DNA of 64,000 nt, from contig NW_024704743.1 of assembly GCF_018977255.1 (NCBI RefSeq), positions 4,094,001 through 4,158,000 of the forward strand, written 5' to 3'. Below are positions 1 through 11,240 of the stretch, piece after piece. Under the pieces are notes generated by a model. The model was given only the letters and a program-made list of their open reading frames with translations. It made no database searches and had not been told where the DNA came from. This stretch comes from Callorhinchus milii (taxonomy: Eukaryota). The position numbers were made by a program, and so were the translations under genes. The stretch's first letter is position 1; each line of letters opens with the position of its first letter.

Positions 1-367
1 CTCATAATTTTATTCCTCAGTAACACTTCAATGGACCTAGATGCAGAGCCAATCTAATGCCAGTCTCTGTCACTTCATTAACTGTAAAGTGCTGGAGCCC
101 ATGTGAACTCGTAGATAATAAATTGCATGGCAACATTGAGCTGGGAATGTTCCTAGGTCTTGTTCATTAATAATATTTCTGCTCCTTTAACTGAAAGGAC
201 AAGTTTGTAATCTTAACATTTCCAAACGCTGCCAAAATTTCCAATTTCCACAGAACGCGTCTCAAAGTCGAGACCCTCTGAAACATTTGACCGCAGAAGA
301 CTGCTGTACAATACAGCCCGTTGTGCACTCAGTGACGTAAAATGATATCCCGCTCTGCAAATAAAAA

Positions 368-760
368 AAAACTAACAATAATAATCCTTTCGTTTGTGTC
401 AGGAGGACGTCTCAAAAGGCTGTACTTTAAAACTGTCGAAGGCAAACACAGCAGCCAATTTGGATACAGCAACGGCCCACAGATCGCCATGTCCACAATT
501 TTATTTGGGGGGAATTGATGGCTGGGAGCGACATCAGGAGAAACTCCCTTCTCTTTTTGAATAGCGCCATGGGATCTTTAACGTCCGCCTGAACTAGTAG
601 ACGGGACCTCAGTTCTCAAAAGGACGACACTTCTAGAGTGGCAAAATATCCGTCAGCAATGCACTAGAGTGTCAGCCTTGACAATGCGAGTTCAAAGTCC
701 CGAGATGAGGCTTGAACCCACAACTTTTTGACTCAAAGTGAATGCGCTACCACTGACGCT
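368..760 (-). mobile_element. Old Deu-domain SINE (SacSINE1/AmnSINE1-like), decayed
   Basis: The reverse complement contains ttcaggcggacgttaaagatcccatggcgctattcaaaaagagaagggagttt, a tRNA-like B box (gggttcaagcc) and a LINE-like tail. Confidence 0.75.
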
Positions 761-913
761 CAATAAGAATAATGAGCTGCATTCACAAAAACCTCTGTGA
801 AGTGCTGAAGGCTCAAAGCTGCGCTTATCTGATGGCAAATCCAGTTAACGATTCCTCCTGGCAAGGAAGGAGGGGCTGTGTCTTTGTTTCTGAACAGGCT
901 CCAAAGTGGTACG

Positions 914-1090
914 TCAAGCAGCATCCGCGGAGAGAGGGAAAATGAGTTAACGTTTCAGGTCGATGATCTTTCGTCAGAACGAAAAAGGTCATCGACCTGA
1001 AAAGTTAACTCATTTTTCCTCTCTCCGTGGATGCCGTCTGACCCTGCTGTGTGTCTCCCAGCGGCTTCTGGGATTATACCAGATTTCCGG
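914..1090. mobile_element. Penelope-like retroelement terminal-repeat remnant arranged as an inverted pair
   Basis: Arms 914-980 and 981-1042 are reverse complements (gagttaacgtttcaggtcgatga / tcatcgacctgaaaagttaactc). They resemble the recalled cartilaginous-fish Penelope-type repeat GTTCTGATGAAAGGTCATCGACCTGAAACGTTAACTC...CTCTCCACAGATGCTGCCTGACCTGCTG. Confidence 0.7.
946..980 (-). ncRNA. Minimal type I hammerhead ribozyme motif
   Basis: The minus strand reads GUU-CUGACGA-A-AGAUC-AUC-GACCU-GAAAC-GUU-AAC. This gives conserved CUGANGA and GAAA boxes, stem II with one mismatch, a loopless palindromic ACGU stem III and a 3-bp GUU/AAC stem I. Confidence 0.7.
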
Positions 1091-1158
1091 CCTTTTGTCC
1101 AAAGGGATATGTTTAGCAACAAAATGTTGGAATTGAGTCAATCCTCTGTGGTGAGCGG

Positions 1159-1480
1159 TAATAATAATAATAATATGAATCTTGCATTTGGTATGGCGCT
1201 TTTCACGTCTTCTCAACGTCTCAAAGCGCATCACAGAATAGACTGTAAAGTGAATTGACCGTATATTTGTGGGCGAAACACGGCAGCCGATTGCGCACAG
1301 CAGCGTCCCCACGAACAGCCGTGGATTCAAAATACCAACTTATTATTGTTTTTGCTTTTTGGAGAGATTATTATTAGGTGTGTGGAGTAAGGAAACTTGC
1401 CCAAGGTTTCGCCCTGTCTGGAACTCAACCCAGGTCTCGCTTGCAAGGCGAGTGCTCTAACCACTGAGCTGCAGGACTCC
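1159..1480 (-). mobile_element. Young tRNA(Ala)-derived SINE, short-body variant, full length
   Basis: Minus strand: GGAGTCCTGCAGCTCAGTGGTTAGAGCACTCGCCTTGCAAGCGAG (A box, TGC anticodon stem-loop), then a B box, the shared tail stem-loop and a (TAT)n end. Confidence 0.9.
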
Positions 1481-2823
1481 ACCGCAGCCTGGATCTCCCG
1501 AGCGTTCCCGAGCCAGATGGATCCGCAGTATTCCAGGGTTCTGCTAGTGACAGTCCAGTTGGTAGCACTCTTGAGTCAGAAGATTGTAGGTTCAAGCCCC
1601 ACTTTGTGGCTTTAAACCCAACGTCTAAGCTGACACCCCCAATGAGGCGCTGGGGCTGTGCTCCGATATTGGACCTTCCATTCCTTCGGATGAGATATTA
1701 ACCCAAAGTCACGTTTGCCTGTTCAGCAGGAAAATAAGGTGGGGTATCCCTTCGGTAACAATGACAGGACACGTCTACTGATTAAAATAAAATAGACAGA
1801 CAGCACTATTTTATCATCTCCACAGCCTGGCTGGCTAGAGCTCCAGGCAGATGGTGAGAATCCCATGTGTACCACATGTGATTTCACCTTAAGTCCCTAC
1901 CCACTTGACTGTGTAATAACTTCAGATGATTTGATCCCTGTGAGGCAGTGGGATCTGTAAAAACTGAACATCCCCTCCGTTGGAAGCAGTTTTGTACACC
2001 CAGATGTTGAATATCAGGAGTAAAGCCTGGCTCTTCAAACTAAATTAAACAGATCTGGATCTCATTTTCCTCGGGTATAAAGCAGATTTCACAATGATTG
2101 GGTCTAATCTTGCAGTAATAATAACTCATCCAATTTATTTGAAAGCCTCTATATCTGAAACCACATTGTTTTTTTTCTTGCTCGTTCCTGGTACCTTTTC
2201 AATGTACGTATGCATGAATCATACTTTCAGTTCTCCCCATTCCTTGACTGATAGGAAGGACTCTCTCCAGTCATTGCCTGGGCTTGTTCTAGATGGGACC
2301 ACTAGTTGGTGTGGGAGAACACCCTAAAGCGATCCACTTAGTGATTTTCCTTCCCCCTTCAGGGTCTGTCTCAAGACCTTCTTTTTTGACCGCACCTTCA
2401 GTCATCTTCCCATCCACAACCCGCTCTGCCACCCCCACCCTTCCTGAATTCCAACCCCCGGCTCAGGTGCAAACAAACCTTCGACTGTCCAGTGCCTTCC
2501 GCCGTGAAAGATGCTATAGAAATGCCATGTGTTGTTGTTGAAAGAGAGAGAGGTTTCTGTAATGTAGGATTTCTACAGACAAACGTGCAAACTGCTTCCA
2601 TTTTAAAAATTGTGGGCGCACGATTTTATTTTTCGCCACTTCAAAGAAACGTCCTGCGAAGTGTAAGTTTAAGGTTAAGCCGAATTCCTTTTGCAGAAAC
2701 CGTCTCTGCCAAAAGATGCATTCCAGTAATAATTTACAGTTAGGAAACCAAGTGTTCCCTCCATTCTGGCTTGGAATCTTGTTAAAAAAAATCCAGCAGC
2801 TATCCCTTTCGTTTAGAAATCTA

Positions 2824-3255
2824 GTTCAAGATCCTCATCCTCACCTACAAGGCCATTCACGGCCTTGCTCCCTCCTACCTCTCCGACCTACTATCCCCCT
2901 ACTTACCTGCCTGTACCCTCCGTTCCTCTGGCTCCGGTCTGCTCCACATCCCCCGCCCCACCATCGGTGGCCGGGCCTTCAGCCTCTCAGCCCCGAGGCT
3001 CTGGAACTCCATCCCCAGTGCCTTCGCCGCTTCCTCCCTTTCCTCCTTCAAGACCGGTCTCAAGACCTTTCTCTTTGACCGTGCCTTCAGCTCCCCTCTC
3101 GACTCTCTACCCCCTCCTCGCTCCCTCCCTTCCCTCCCCTCACCCTGGCCATTTCCCCCCAATGCTCGGGTCCTGACCCAACTGTACAGCGCCTTGGGAC
3201 GTCCTCCCGACGTGAAAGGCGCTCAATAAATGGAATCTTGTTGTTGTTGTTGTTG
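2824..3255 (+). mobile_element. L2-clade LINE 3' fragment (end of ORF2, 3'UTR and (TTG)n tail)
   Basis: Encodes FKILILTYKAIHGLAPSYLSDLL. Ends with the gcgccttgggacgtcc...gtgaaaggcgc stem-loop and (ttg)n. Confidence 0.9.
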
Positions 3256-5470
3256 TAGTAGTTTAGTTTAGAAATTATGCAACAGCTCTTCTTGGGTGAT
3301 GCATTTGTGAAGCCTTCTGATCATCTACAATCGGTGAGATATTGTTCCCCACCCCCACCTCTCCCCTCACTCCCCACCCACCCACCTCTCCCCACTAACC
3401 CCTGCCGGGAATCGAACCCAGGTCCACTCGTTTGCTCGAACCACTAAGCAACAGGACTCCATTAAGCTGCAGGACTCCAAATAGCCTGTTTCTGTTCTGT
3501 GCTGTAATATACTATGATTCGAGAGACTGTGCTATCTCGCAATAAATTCAGATAGGGATGGCATAAATCTCTTGCCGTTTGTAGTGTTTTATTAGTATGT
3601 AAAAGTGACCAAATGGATCGCACAATTCATCTTCTATCACCCAGTGTATGACTTGGCTCAGGGCAGATGTAAACACTGGGGAAGGACAGCTAGTCTCGCA
3701 ATGTTATGCCTTTCTGGAAAGAACAAGAAGAAGTAAAGGAAAAGGTTTACTTGCAAATGAGAAGAGCGTTGAAACACATTCTCTCTGAAACAGGTTGTCA
3801 AGAGAACACGTCTAACATTTGCCAATGCTGAAGATAAATTAAATGCAACAAATACGGAAACATTTGCGGAATATGGGACAGCTTCATTAACACATTAGGC
3901 TTATTAATGCCTTTGTTTTATATTACTTTTAACACAGGAGCTCAGAATATTCCTCAAGGGCAGTTAAATAAAGGCGTATTTTGCAAGCACTTCAGGACTA
4001 ATCGAGTTGAAGGAGAGTTATATTTCCTCTGAATGTGCTTCAGAATTCCTCAGCTTCCAAAGGGGAAAATATTCCCTACAGTTACTGGTATCATTTATTT
4101 GCTGCACAGAGCTCCTCCTTATGTGACATCTTGATGGTCTGCTCCAGTCACATAGCTGTCACTTAGGGGGGAGGGAGGGTGTCCTACACCAAACCCCTGA
4201 ACAATTCTGAAGCATAAACTGCTGTAACAAGGGACAACTTAGTGGATGCTGAGTCACAGCGTAGCTTTATAGCACTCGGGTTTCTGAGGCAATTGAGAGA
4301 AGTTCAGCAGAAGATGTAACCGTTGCGAAAAGAGGTCAACATTAAGAAACGAGTGTCGGAAATTAAATCGGGGATAAGATACCCAAATTATCAAAATGAT
4401 GTCTTTTTAAGGCGGCGATGGCCCCCGCAGGTGATCTTTTTAAGAAGGCTTTATAAATTTAAATTACCTTCACGGCGCACAGAGAGAGCACTTGATACTT
4501 GTACGAATTCGAATGATGATTTCTGTCCCGTTTGCTCGGGAATATCGCCAGCGAAAGCACGAGAGATGCCATCAGAGGAGCTGTAGGCTTCAGCGGATTA
4601 AAAACAAATACAAGGTTTGAGGGGAATGGGTGATTCACAATGTGAGGAGGCGGAACGATAAACAAAATGATTTAATAAAGCAGTAAGACATGATTCTGAG
4701 AACCTGACGTCTGTACAGTGTGAAAAATACTTAATAATAATCCTTGCCTTGAAATAGAGCCTGACCACGTCATCGAGTCGTCTCAATAAAGCGCTTCACA
4801 GCATACACTGTGAAGTGGATTAACCGTATATCTTTTCATACCTTATATATAGAAATGGGAACCAATTTGGTGCACAGAAATGTCCTGACAACAGTCGTGA
4901 AGTAAATGACCCTTTATCATTTGGGGAATTGTTTCCAGCACACCGGGAGAAACTCCTTTCTCTTTTCGAGCAGTTCCGTAATAGTTTCGCCCGCAGAATA
5001 TACAGTCAACTCATTTTACAGTACATTCAGTGAAATGCTTTGAGACCTCTCGAAGACGTGATAAGGCGCTAAATCAAATGCAAGGAGTGTTATTATTGTA
5101 AGACGTTTAACAATCACCCGAACAGCAGACGGAACCTTAAATTGCATCAAACTGGCAAAATATATGACAAACTCTTCTATATACCATATTTTTTCTCTTT
5201 TTAAGTACTGGGCTGTATTTGTTCCTCTGAGAAGTTAAATAGTTGCTTTAAAAGATAAATGTGAACTGTACGGTTTGGGGCTCAGGGTGAAAATGGAACA
5301 ATATATAATAATATAATAATCCAATGTAGCTGACTTTGCCGGCAACCCCAGAGGTCTGGTTTGCCAATTTGGCAAGTGGATCAGTCAACAGCAAATTCTC
5401 CCGCTTCCCGGTTGCTCCTCAGACTCCATCCTCCATTTCTTTGTCCGTGACGTTGGATTTTATCAGAAAT

Positions 5471-5860
5471 AAATAGTCCTTGCATTTGATATAGCGCCTC
5501 ATCACATTGCTGATACATCTCAAAGCGCATCACAGGGTTCTACAACGTGTATTTTGTAGGCAGCCGATTGGCGCACAGCAACATTGCCACAAACAGCCAT
5601 GGAGCGAATGAATGATCTTATCTGTTGGGTTGTTGGCCAGAACAGTGGGAAAAACTCCCTTCTCTTTTTCCAAACAGTGCCGTGTGAGCTCTTCAAAGGC
5701 CACCTGAACAGGCAGGCAGACGGGACCTCGGTTTAATGTCTCATCTGAAAGGACGGCACCTCTGATAATGCAGTGCTCCTCTTCCCCAGCTCTGCACTGG
5801 AGCGTCAGCTCGGACTGTGAGCTCAAAGTCCCGACGTGGGGCTTGAGCCCACAAACTTCT
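5471..5860 (-). mobile_element. Old Deu-domain SINE
   Basis: The reverse complement carries gaggtgccgtcctttcagatgagacattaaaccgaggtcccgtctgcctg, the recalled Deu core, plus the tail. Confidence 0.8.
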
Positions 5861-7430
5861 TCTTGTCATCTCTATCATTAACCCTGTTTCAATGTCAGAT
5901 TCGGCAGGGATAAAGAGAGATTGTGACATATAGAGCTTGCCTGAATTCATGCATTACTTCATTGAAAGCGCACGGAATGCTTTCAGCTAAATCAAGAATT
6001 GTTGCCATGTTCACATAAAACACATGAAACTTTTTTTTTATTGATAAACCGGATAGATCTTCTTATGGATGCAAAGCGGCTTAAAACAATCAATTAGAGT
6101 AGGATGGCTGAACTGAATCAGTAAAATCACTTATTCTGATACTCTGGATTGTTGGGAGCCATCTGGCTAATCCATGTTGTGTATCTAGTACATGCAGTTA
6201 ATAGCAGTTATTAATAACACTCATTAACTGCCTGGCAAAGGAACATACTGCAACCTTCATTTGATGATTGACTTCTGTTATAATGAAATCTCAGTGTAGA
6301 TGGCAGCCATCTGTATACACCACGCTTTCTCTCATTTAGTGCCCCATATTGTACGGCTGTGCAGAGCAAAACATGATTCTTTTTGGTCAGCCGGGTGTCT
6401 GACACGTGCGGAAATCCATCATCGTGCTTAAGAGTATCCAGACCGGACTGAGAGGTCTACGTTCGCTACCCGCACTTGGAAGTTCCCATTCCTGCAATTC
6501 CCGTTCCTGGAATGTGCAGGCTGTACCCGAGGGATACACCATTCTTACTTAATTCCGGTTGGCAAGAGCCAAGCCTCGGCAAACCCAGACTGCTGGATCT
6601 TGACAAGCTTGTATCAGACAACAGAAATAGAATCAAATAAATAGAACAGCCATGCCATGAAGTGAATGACCGATTCGGTCTGGGTGGTTGGTTAGCCAGG
6701 ACACTGGGAGCAAAAGTACCACAGGATCTTTGATGTCTACCAGAAAAGGCAGGCGGAACCTCGGTTTAATGTCTCATCCGAAGGACGACACCTCTGGCAA
6801 TGCCACACACCCCCAGCACTGCACTGGAGTATCAGCCTAGACCATGTGAGATCAAAGTTTTGACTTGGAGCTTGATTTGACCCATTGCCTCCTGACAGAG
6901 AGGCGAGAGCTCTACCAACTGAGCCCGGCTGCCTCTTTTTTTTTTTCCTCTCAATATTTCAAAATATTATCCCTTTTTTTTTTAAGAGGACAGCATTTCC
7001 CTTCACATTGAAAACCAACCATGCTTTTAGCATTTTAAAAGTCAAAACTAAAAGGGTGTGGAATAATTCATCGCTCATGAATAATTCATGACAATAATTA
7101 ACTCGGAACTTATCCAACTCCAGCTGAATGCACACGCACTCTCCAGCCTCAGCTTTCTGTGCTATTAACCTTGGCTGAATAGGATCAAGCACAAGGACCA
7201 AAGGGTCAAAATCCCATGCTCTACATAGGAAATATGCATTTAGATTGGTTGCAAAATTTGCGGAGTTCATTAAGGTGGGGTAGATACATTTATGCGCCAA
7301 ATTCCCGAGGGTCCATTGAACGGAAATCGCCTCACATTTACCCTTCTCAAGTCTCTGCCTTCTTTTATAATACTATTCATCATTCCTTATTTTGGTATAG
7401 CGCCTTTCATGTCAAGTGGACGTCTCAAAG

Positions 7431-8020
7431 CAACAACAACGAACAACAAAATTACACTTGTAAAGCGCTTTTCACGTCAGAGGACGTCCCAAGGCGCTGG
7501 ACAGACAGAGTTACGGACCTGAGCTGGGGATCGGGGTGGGGGAGGGGGGGAAGACAGGGGGGAATGCAGGAAGATCGAAAGCACAGTCGAAGAGGAGGGT
7601 CTTGAGGTGGGTCTTGAAGGTGGCGAGGGAGGGGGCGAGACAGGGACTGCTGGATGGCGTTCCAGAGGGTGGATGCAGAGTGGCGGAAGGCCAGCCGGCC
7701 GATAGTGGGGAGGGCAAGGCGGGGGACGTGAAGCAGGCCGGAGCCCGCTGAGCGGCAGGAGCGAACAGGTGGTTAGGTGGTCGGAGAGGTAGAGGGGAGC
7801 AAACCGTGGAGGGCTTTGAAGGTGAGGACCAGGATCTTGAACTGTATCCTCTGTGTGATGGAAAGCCAGTGGAGTCGGGCGAGGGTGGGGGTGATAGGGT
7901 CGCGGAGCCCGGTGCGGGAGAGGACACGAGCTGCAGAGTTCTGGATGATCTGCAGCCTGTGGGAGGGAGGAGTTGGGGAGGCCGACAAGCAGGGAGTTTG
8001 CACAGTCGAGCCTCGATGTA
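7431..8020 (-). mobile_element. L2-clade LINE 3' fragment
   Basis: ORF 7773-8003 contains RLQIIQNSAARVLSRT...PITPTLARLHWLSITQRIQFKILVLTFKALHGL, typical of the L2 ORF2 C-terminus. (CAA)n tail at 7431. Confidence 0.9.
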
Positions 8021-8849
8021 ATGAAGCACTTCAGAGGATATACTGTAAAGTGAGTGACTGTGTTTTGCGAGTAAATACTGCAGCCGATGCACGTACAACA
8101 GCAACAACAACAACAAATTACACTTGTATAGCGCCCTTCGCATCAGAAAAGAAGGTCCCACAAACAGCCATAAAGGGAATGACTAACTTTATTTGTGGGA
8201 TTGCTGGCCAGGACACTGGGAGAAGCTCCATTGGTTTTTCGAATAATGCATGGGATCTTTAACATTCACCTTAAAAGGCAGTCGGGACCTCAGTTAGATG
8301 TTTAATCCGAAGTGCAGCACCTCTGACCATGCAGCACACCCCCAGCACTGTAACGAAACATGAGCCGAGATAATATGAGCTCAGAGTCCTGAGATGCATC
8401 GGTCCCTCAGAGGGGAGAGTGCTACCAACTGAGCATTTTTACTGCGGCTACTATGTAAAATGTCCTTATTCCACACGTCTCTGTATATCTAGCAGTAAAT
8501 AGGGACCCTGTTGTTAGTCGATCGGCGGATCGCTTTTTCGGGGATAATAATTCCTTAAAAAAAATTGTTCACTCGTTTCGCGACTGTTCGTGCGCAATTG
8601 GCTGCCTCGTTTCGCCCACAAAATATACAGTCAATTCACTTTACAGTAGATTCTGTGAAGCTCTTTGAGACGTTTCAAAGACCTGATAAGGCGCTACATC
8701 AAATGCAAGGATTATTATTGTTATTATTATAATGCCCTTCATATTGGTAATATTTATTTGTTAGTTTTACCAGCAAGACGGCTCATTTATTTTACGTTTC
8801 CTGGTGGAAACTGATTTGTCTCTGCGATAATATTCAACAGCAATGACTT

Positions 8850-9650
8850 ACTTTATACAGCACCCGTCATACAGGTTAGAATCTCGAAGCACTTGACAGT
8901 GCGGAGTTTGTTGGCAAGCCTGGGAGAGAGGGGAGGTGACTGCAGGCACGATCGAAGAGGAAGGTCTTCAGATGTGATTTGAAAGTGGTTACGGAGTGGG
9001 CAAAGCAAAGGGATTGAGGTGACTGACCTGAAGGAGGGGGCAAGACAGAAGAGATTGAGGCAAAGAGTTTGAGTCATGGGGTGTTACTGGCTGAAAGCCT
9101 GGCCGCCGATGGTGGAGCGGAGGGCATGAGGGGCATGCAGGAGGCCAGAGCCAGCCGAGCAAAGGTTGGAGAGATAGGAAGTGATGTGTAAGCGAATATG
9201 AAGACCTTTCTGCAATAGACAGCTGAAAGGGGCGGGGGGGGTGGGGAGGAGTGCAAAGTTTAGTGCGGGTGAGCGTACAGGCAGCAGAGTTTTGAAATAA
9301 TTGGGTTATGAATGGTGGAGCTGAGGAGATCTACGGAAAAGGTATTTGAGCGTGAGGTATGGTTGGAGGTGGGCAATGTGACGGAGGTAGAGGAAAGGGA
9401 TTGGACGTGGGGTAGGAAGGATGGCTGGGGAATCAATCTTGACATCCAGGTTGCACCCAGGTACAATCAGTCTGAGGCACAGGCCGGGGAGGTTAAGACA
9501 TCGTGAGATGGCAGGTGAATCGATGAGTATGGCTTGCGTCTTGCCAACATTCAGCGAGAGGAAGTCAACGCTCATCCGAGCCTTGATGTCTGACAAGGAA
9601 GTGGACAGCACATCGCAGTCTTGGGTCACCGCTGGAGGGCAGATACTCAC
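8850..9650 (-). mobile_element. Older, frameshifted L2 ORF2 fragment
   Basis: Peptide LSTSLSDIKARMSVDFLSLNVGKTQAILI resembles the post-RT region of L2, followed by decayed 3' end motifs. Confidence 0.8.
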
Positions 9651-10539
9651 ATCACCTTATCACATCGTCGAGACCTCTCGAAGCTCTTCGCAGGCATTTT
9701 TACTGCGGATTGACCGTGTCATTGTAGGCGCACCCAGCAACTTATTTGCATAGCCATGTGGCACAAACAGCCATGGAGCGAGTGGCCAATTTTTTTCTGG
9801 CTTGAACGGTGAAAGGACCAGTCAGAGTGAATCAATGAAATTCTTTCATCGCCTTCAGTGGCTAAGCGTGATAAGCTAATTTCATCCTCTGTGCTCTAAT
9901 TGACACCAGTTTAAAGCAATTCAGTCGATCATCAACTTGTATTAACTTGTCTTTCCTGCTATCTCCAGCAAGTTAGCGAGTTAACGAGTGCAATTTCTTG
10001 CACCTGAGATCAATGACTTCTGTTGCACGATGCCAAGATTCACAGTTGGGAGTGTTGGTGATGGCACAGTTTCAGGGTAAGCTGAGTGATGCCAATCCTT
10101 GCAATATAAGGGTTTAAAGCGTGATATTCACAAGTAATGGGGCTTGTCGAATCGATTGCAAATTCTGGATTGTGAAATAGGCAAGCTCACGCTTAAATTG
10201 TGAAGTGTGATCAATGGCTTGTAAAGACTGTAGGAAACTGCAAAAGAACGTCAATAGATTAAGCAAATGGTCAGATCTATGGTAGATAAAATTCCTTGGG
10301 GCAAAGCATGACACTTGGTCGTAGGAATGGGGGAAGGCAATACATAGTAATAATAATAATCCTTGCATTTGATACAGCGCCTCATCATGTCTTCAAGACA
10401 TCTCAAAGCGCTTCACAGAATACATCGTGATGAAATAAACCTGGTAATTGGAGCCACCAAGGAAGGTGGAAACGTGAGAGGCCAAGTAAAGCAGGGTTAC
10501 GATAAAGCTGACATTCTCTCTTACATGTTTCTTTTTCAG

Positions 10540-10626
10540 ACAAGTTAAACACCCTTTCCTCGTTCGTTGGGCCTTTCAAGTATTTAAGCCCTGGTTTGGA
10601 AAATGCTGAGGATGAAGACAATTTAA
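10540..10626 (+). CDS. ADARB2: ADARB2 internal coding exon (exon 2 equivalent), 87 nt, phase 1-1: (D)[28 protein letters not shown](S)
   Basis: Acceptor ctgac...ttctctcttacatgtttctttttcAG|AC and donor TTAA|GTAAGT. The translation aligns with recalled human ADAR3 [30 protein letters not shown]. The terminal A joins GT at the start of the next exon to give an in-frame Ser. The ORF track does not list it. Confidence 0.93.
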
Positions 10627-10699
10627 GTAAGTATTTTATAATTAGAAAAATAACTTCATCTCGTTAATTACAATTTTCGTGAAACAATATCCCAAGGTT

Positions 10700-11240
10700 A
10701 CGATATTGGTTTGGATGAAGGAGGCCCTTTGGCCCATCTGATCTCATCCCTCCTGAATACCCACCCTACCGCCCTCCCACCACAGCAGACTTTGTTTTAA
10801 ACAAGTCCTGTGCCTGACTCGGCTACCATCCTGTCAACGTGTTCCAGCTGTTAATTACCTCCTGGGTAAAGAAATATTTCCTGGTGTCTGTCCTGAAATT
10901 GCCCTTTGCAACACTAAACCTGTGTCCTCTTGTTCTGTTGGATATTGGTGCCACTGAAAGTATTGTTTTGGTTTTACTTTCTCATTCCTATTAAAAAGAA
11001 TGTGTACGCCTCTATAAGATCTCCTCTGAGACATCTCGTTTCAACACTGAAGACCCCCTAGCTTGTCCGATCATTGCTCATCGTTCACTCCTCTCACACT
11101 TGGGAATCATCCTCATGGCTCTCCTCCGCACTGCCTCTAAGGCCTGGGCAGCCCCTTTGTGACACAGGACTGTTATTCACATTTAACTGTTCCCATAAGA
11201 AAGCGAGCTCCATCCTGGCTCTTGGTAAGACCCAGACTCA
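10700..11240 (-). mobile_element. Decayed CR1-like LINE 3' fragment
   Basis: The reverse complement has aagggcaatttcaggacagacaccaggaaatatttctttacccaggaggtaattaacagctggaac, a CR1 'RKYFFTQ.V...WN' region. Confidence 0.7.

Noticed and set aside
7511..8262. Overlapping 216-aa and 161-aa ORFs, and the many short ORFs sharing GTLLCAIGC / VKRFETSRRR / MQGLLLL peptides
   Set aside because: These are alternative-frame translations of L2 and SINE copies, not host genes.
1..10539. ADARB2 first exon (KRRRRRRSKRK R-domain)
   Set aside because: No such Arg run followed by a phase-1 donor was seen. It presumably lies far upstream.
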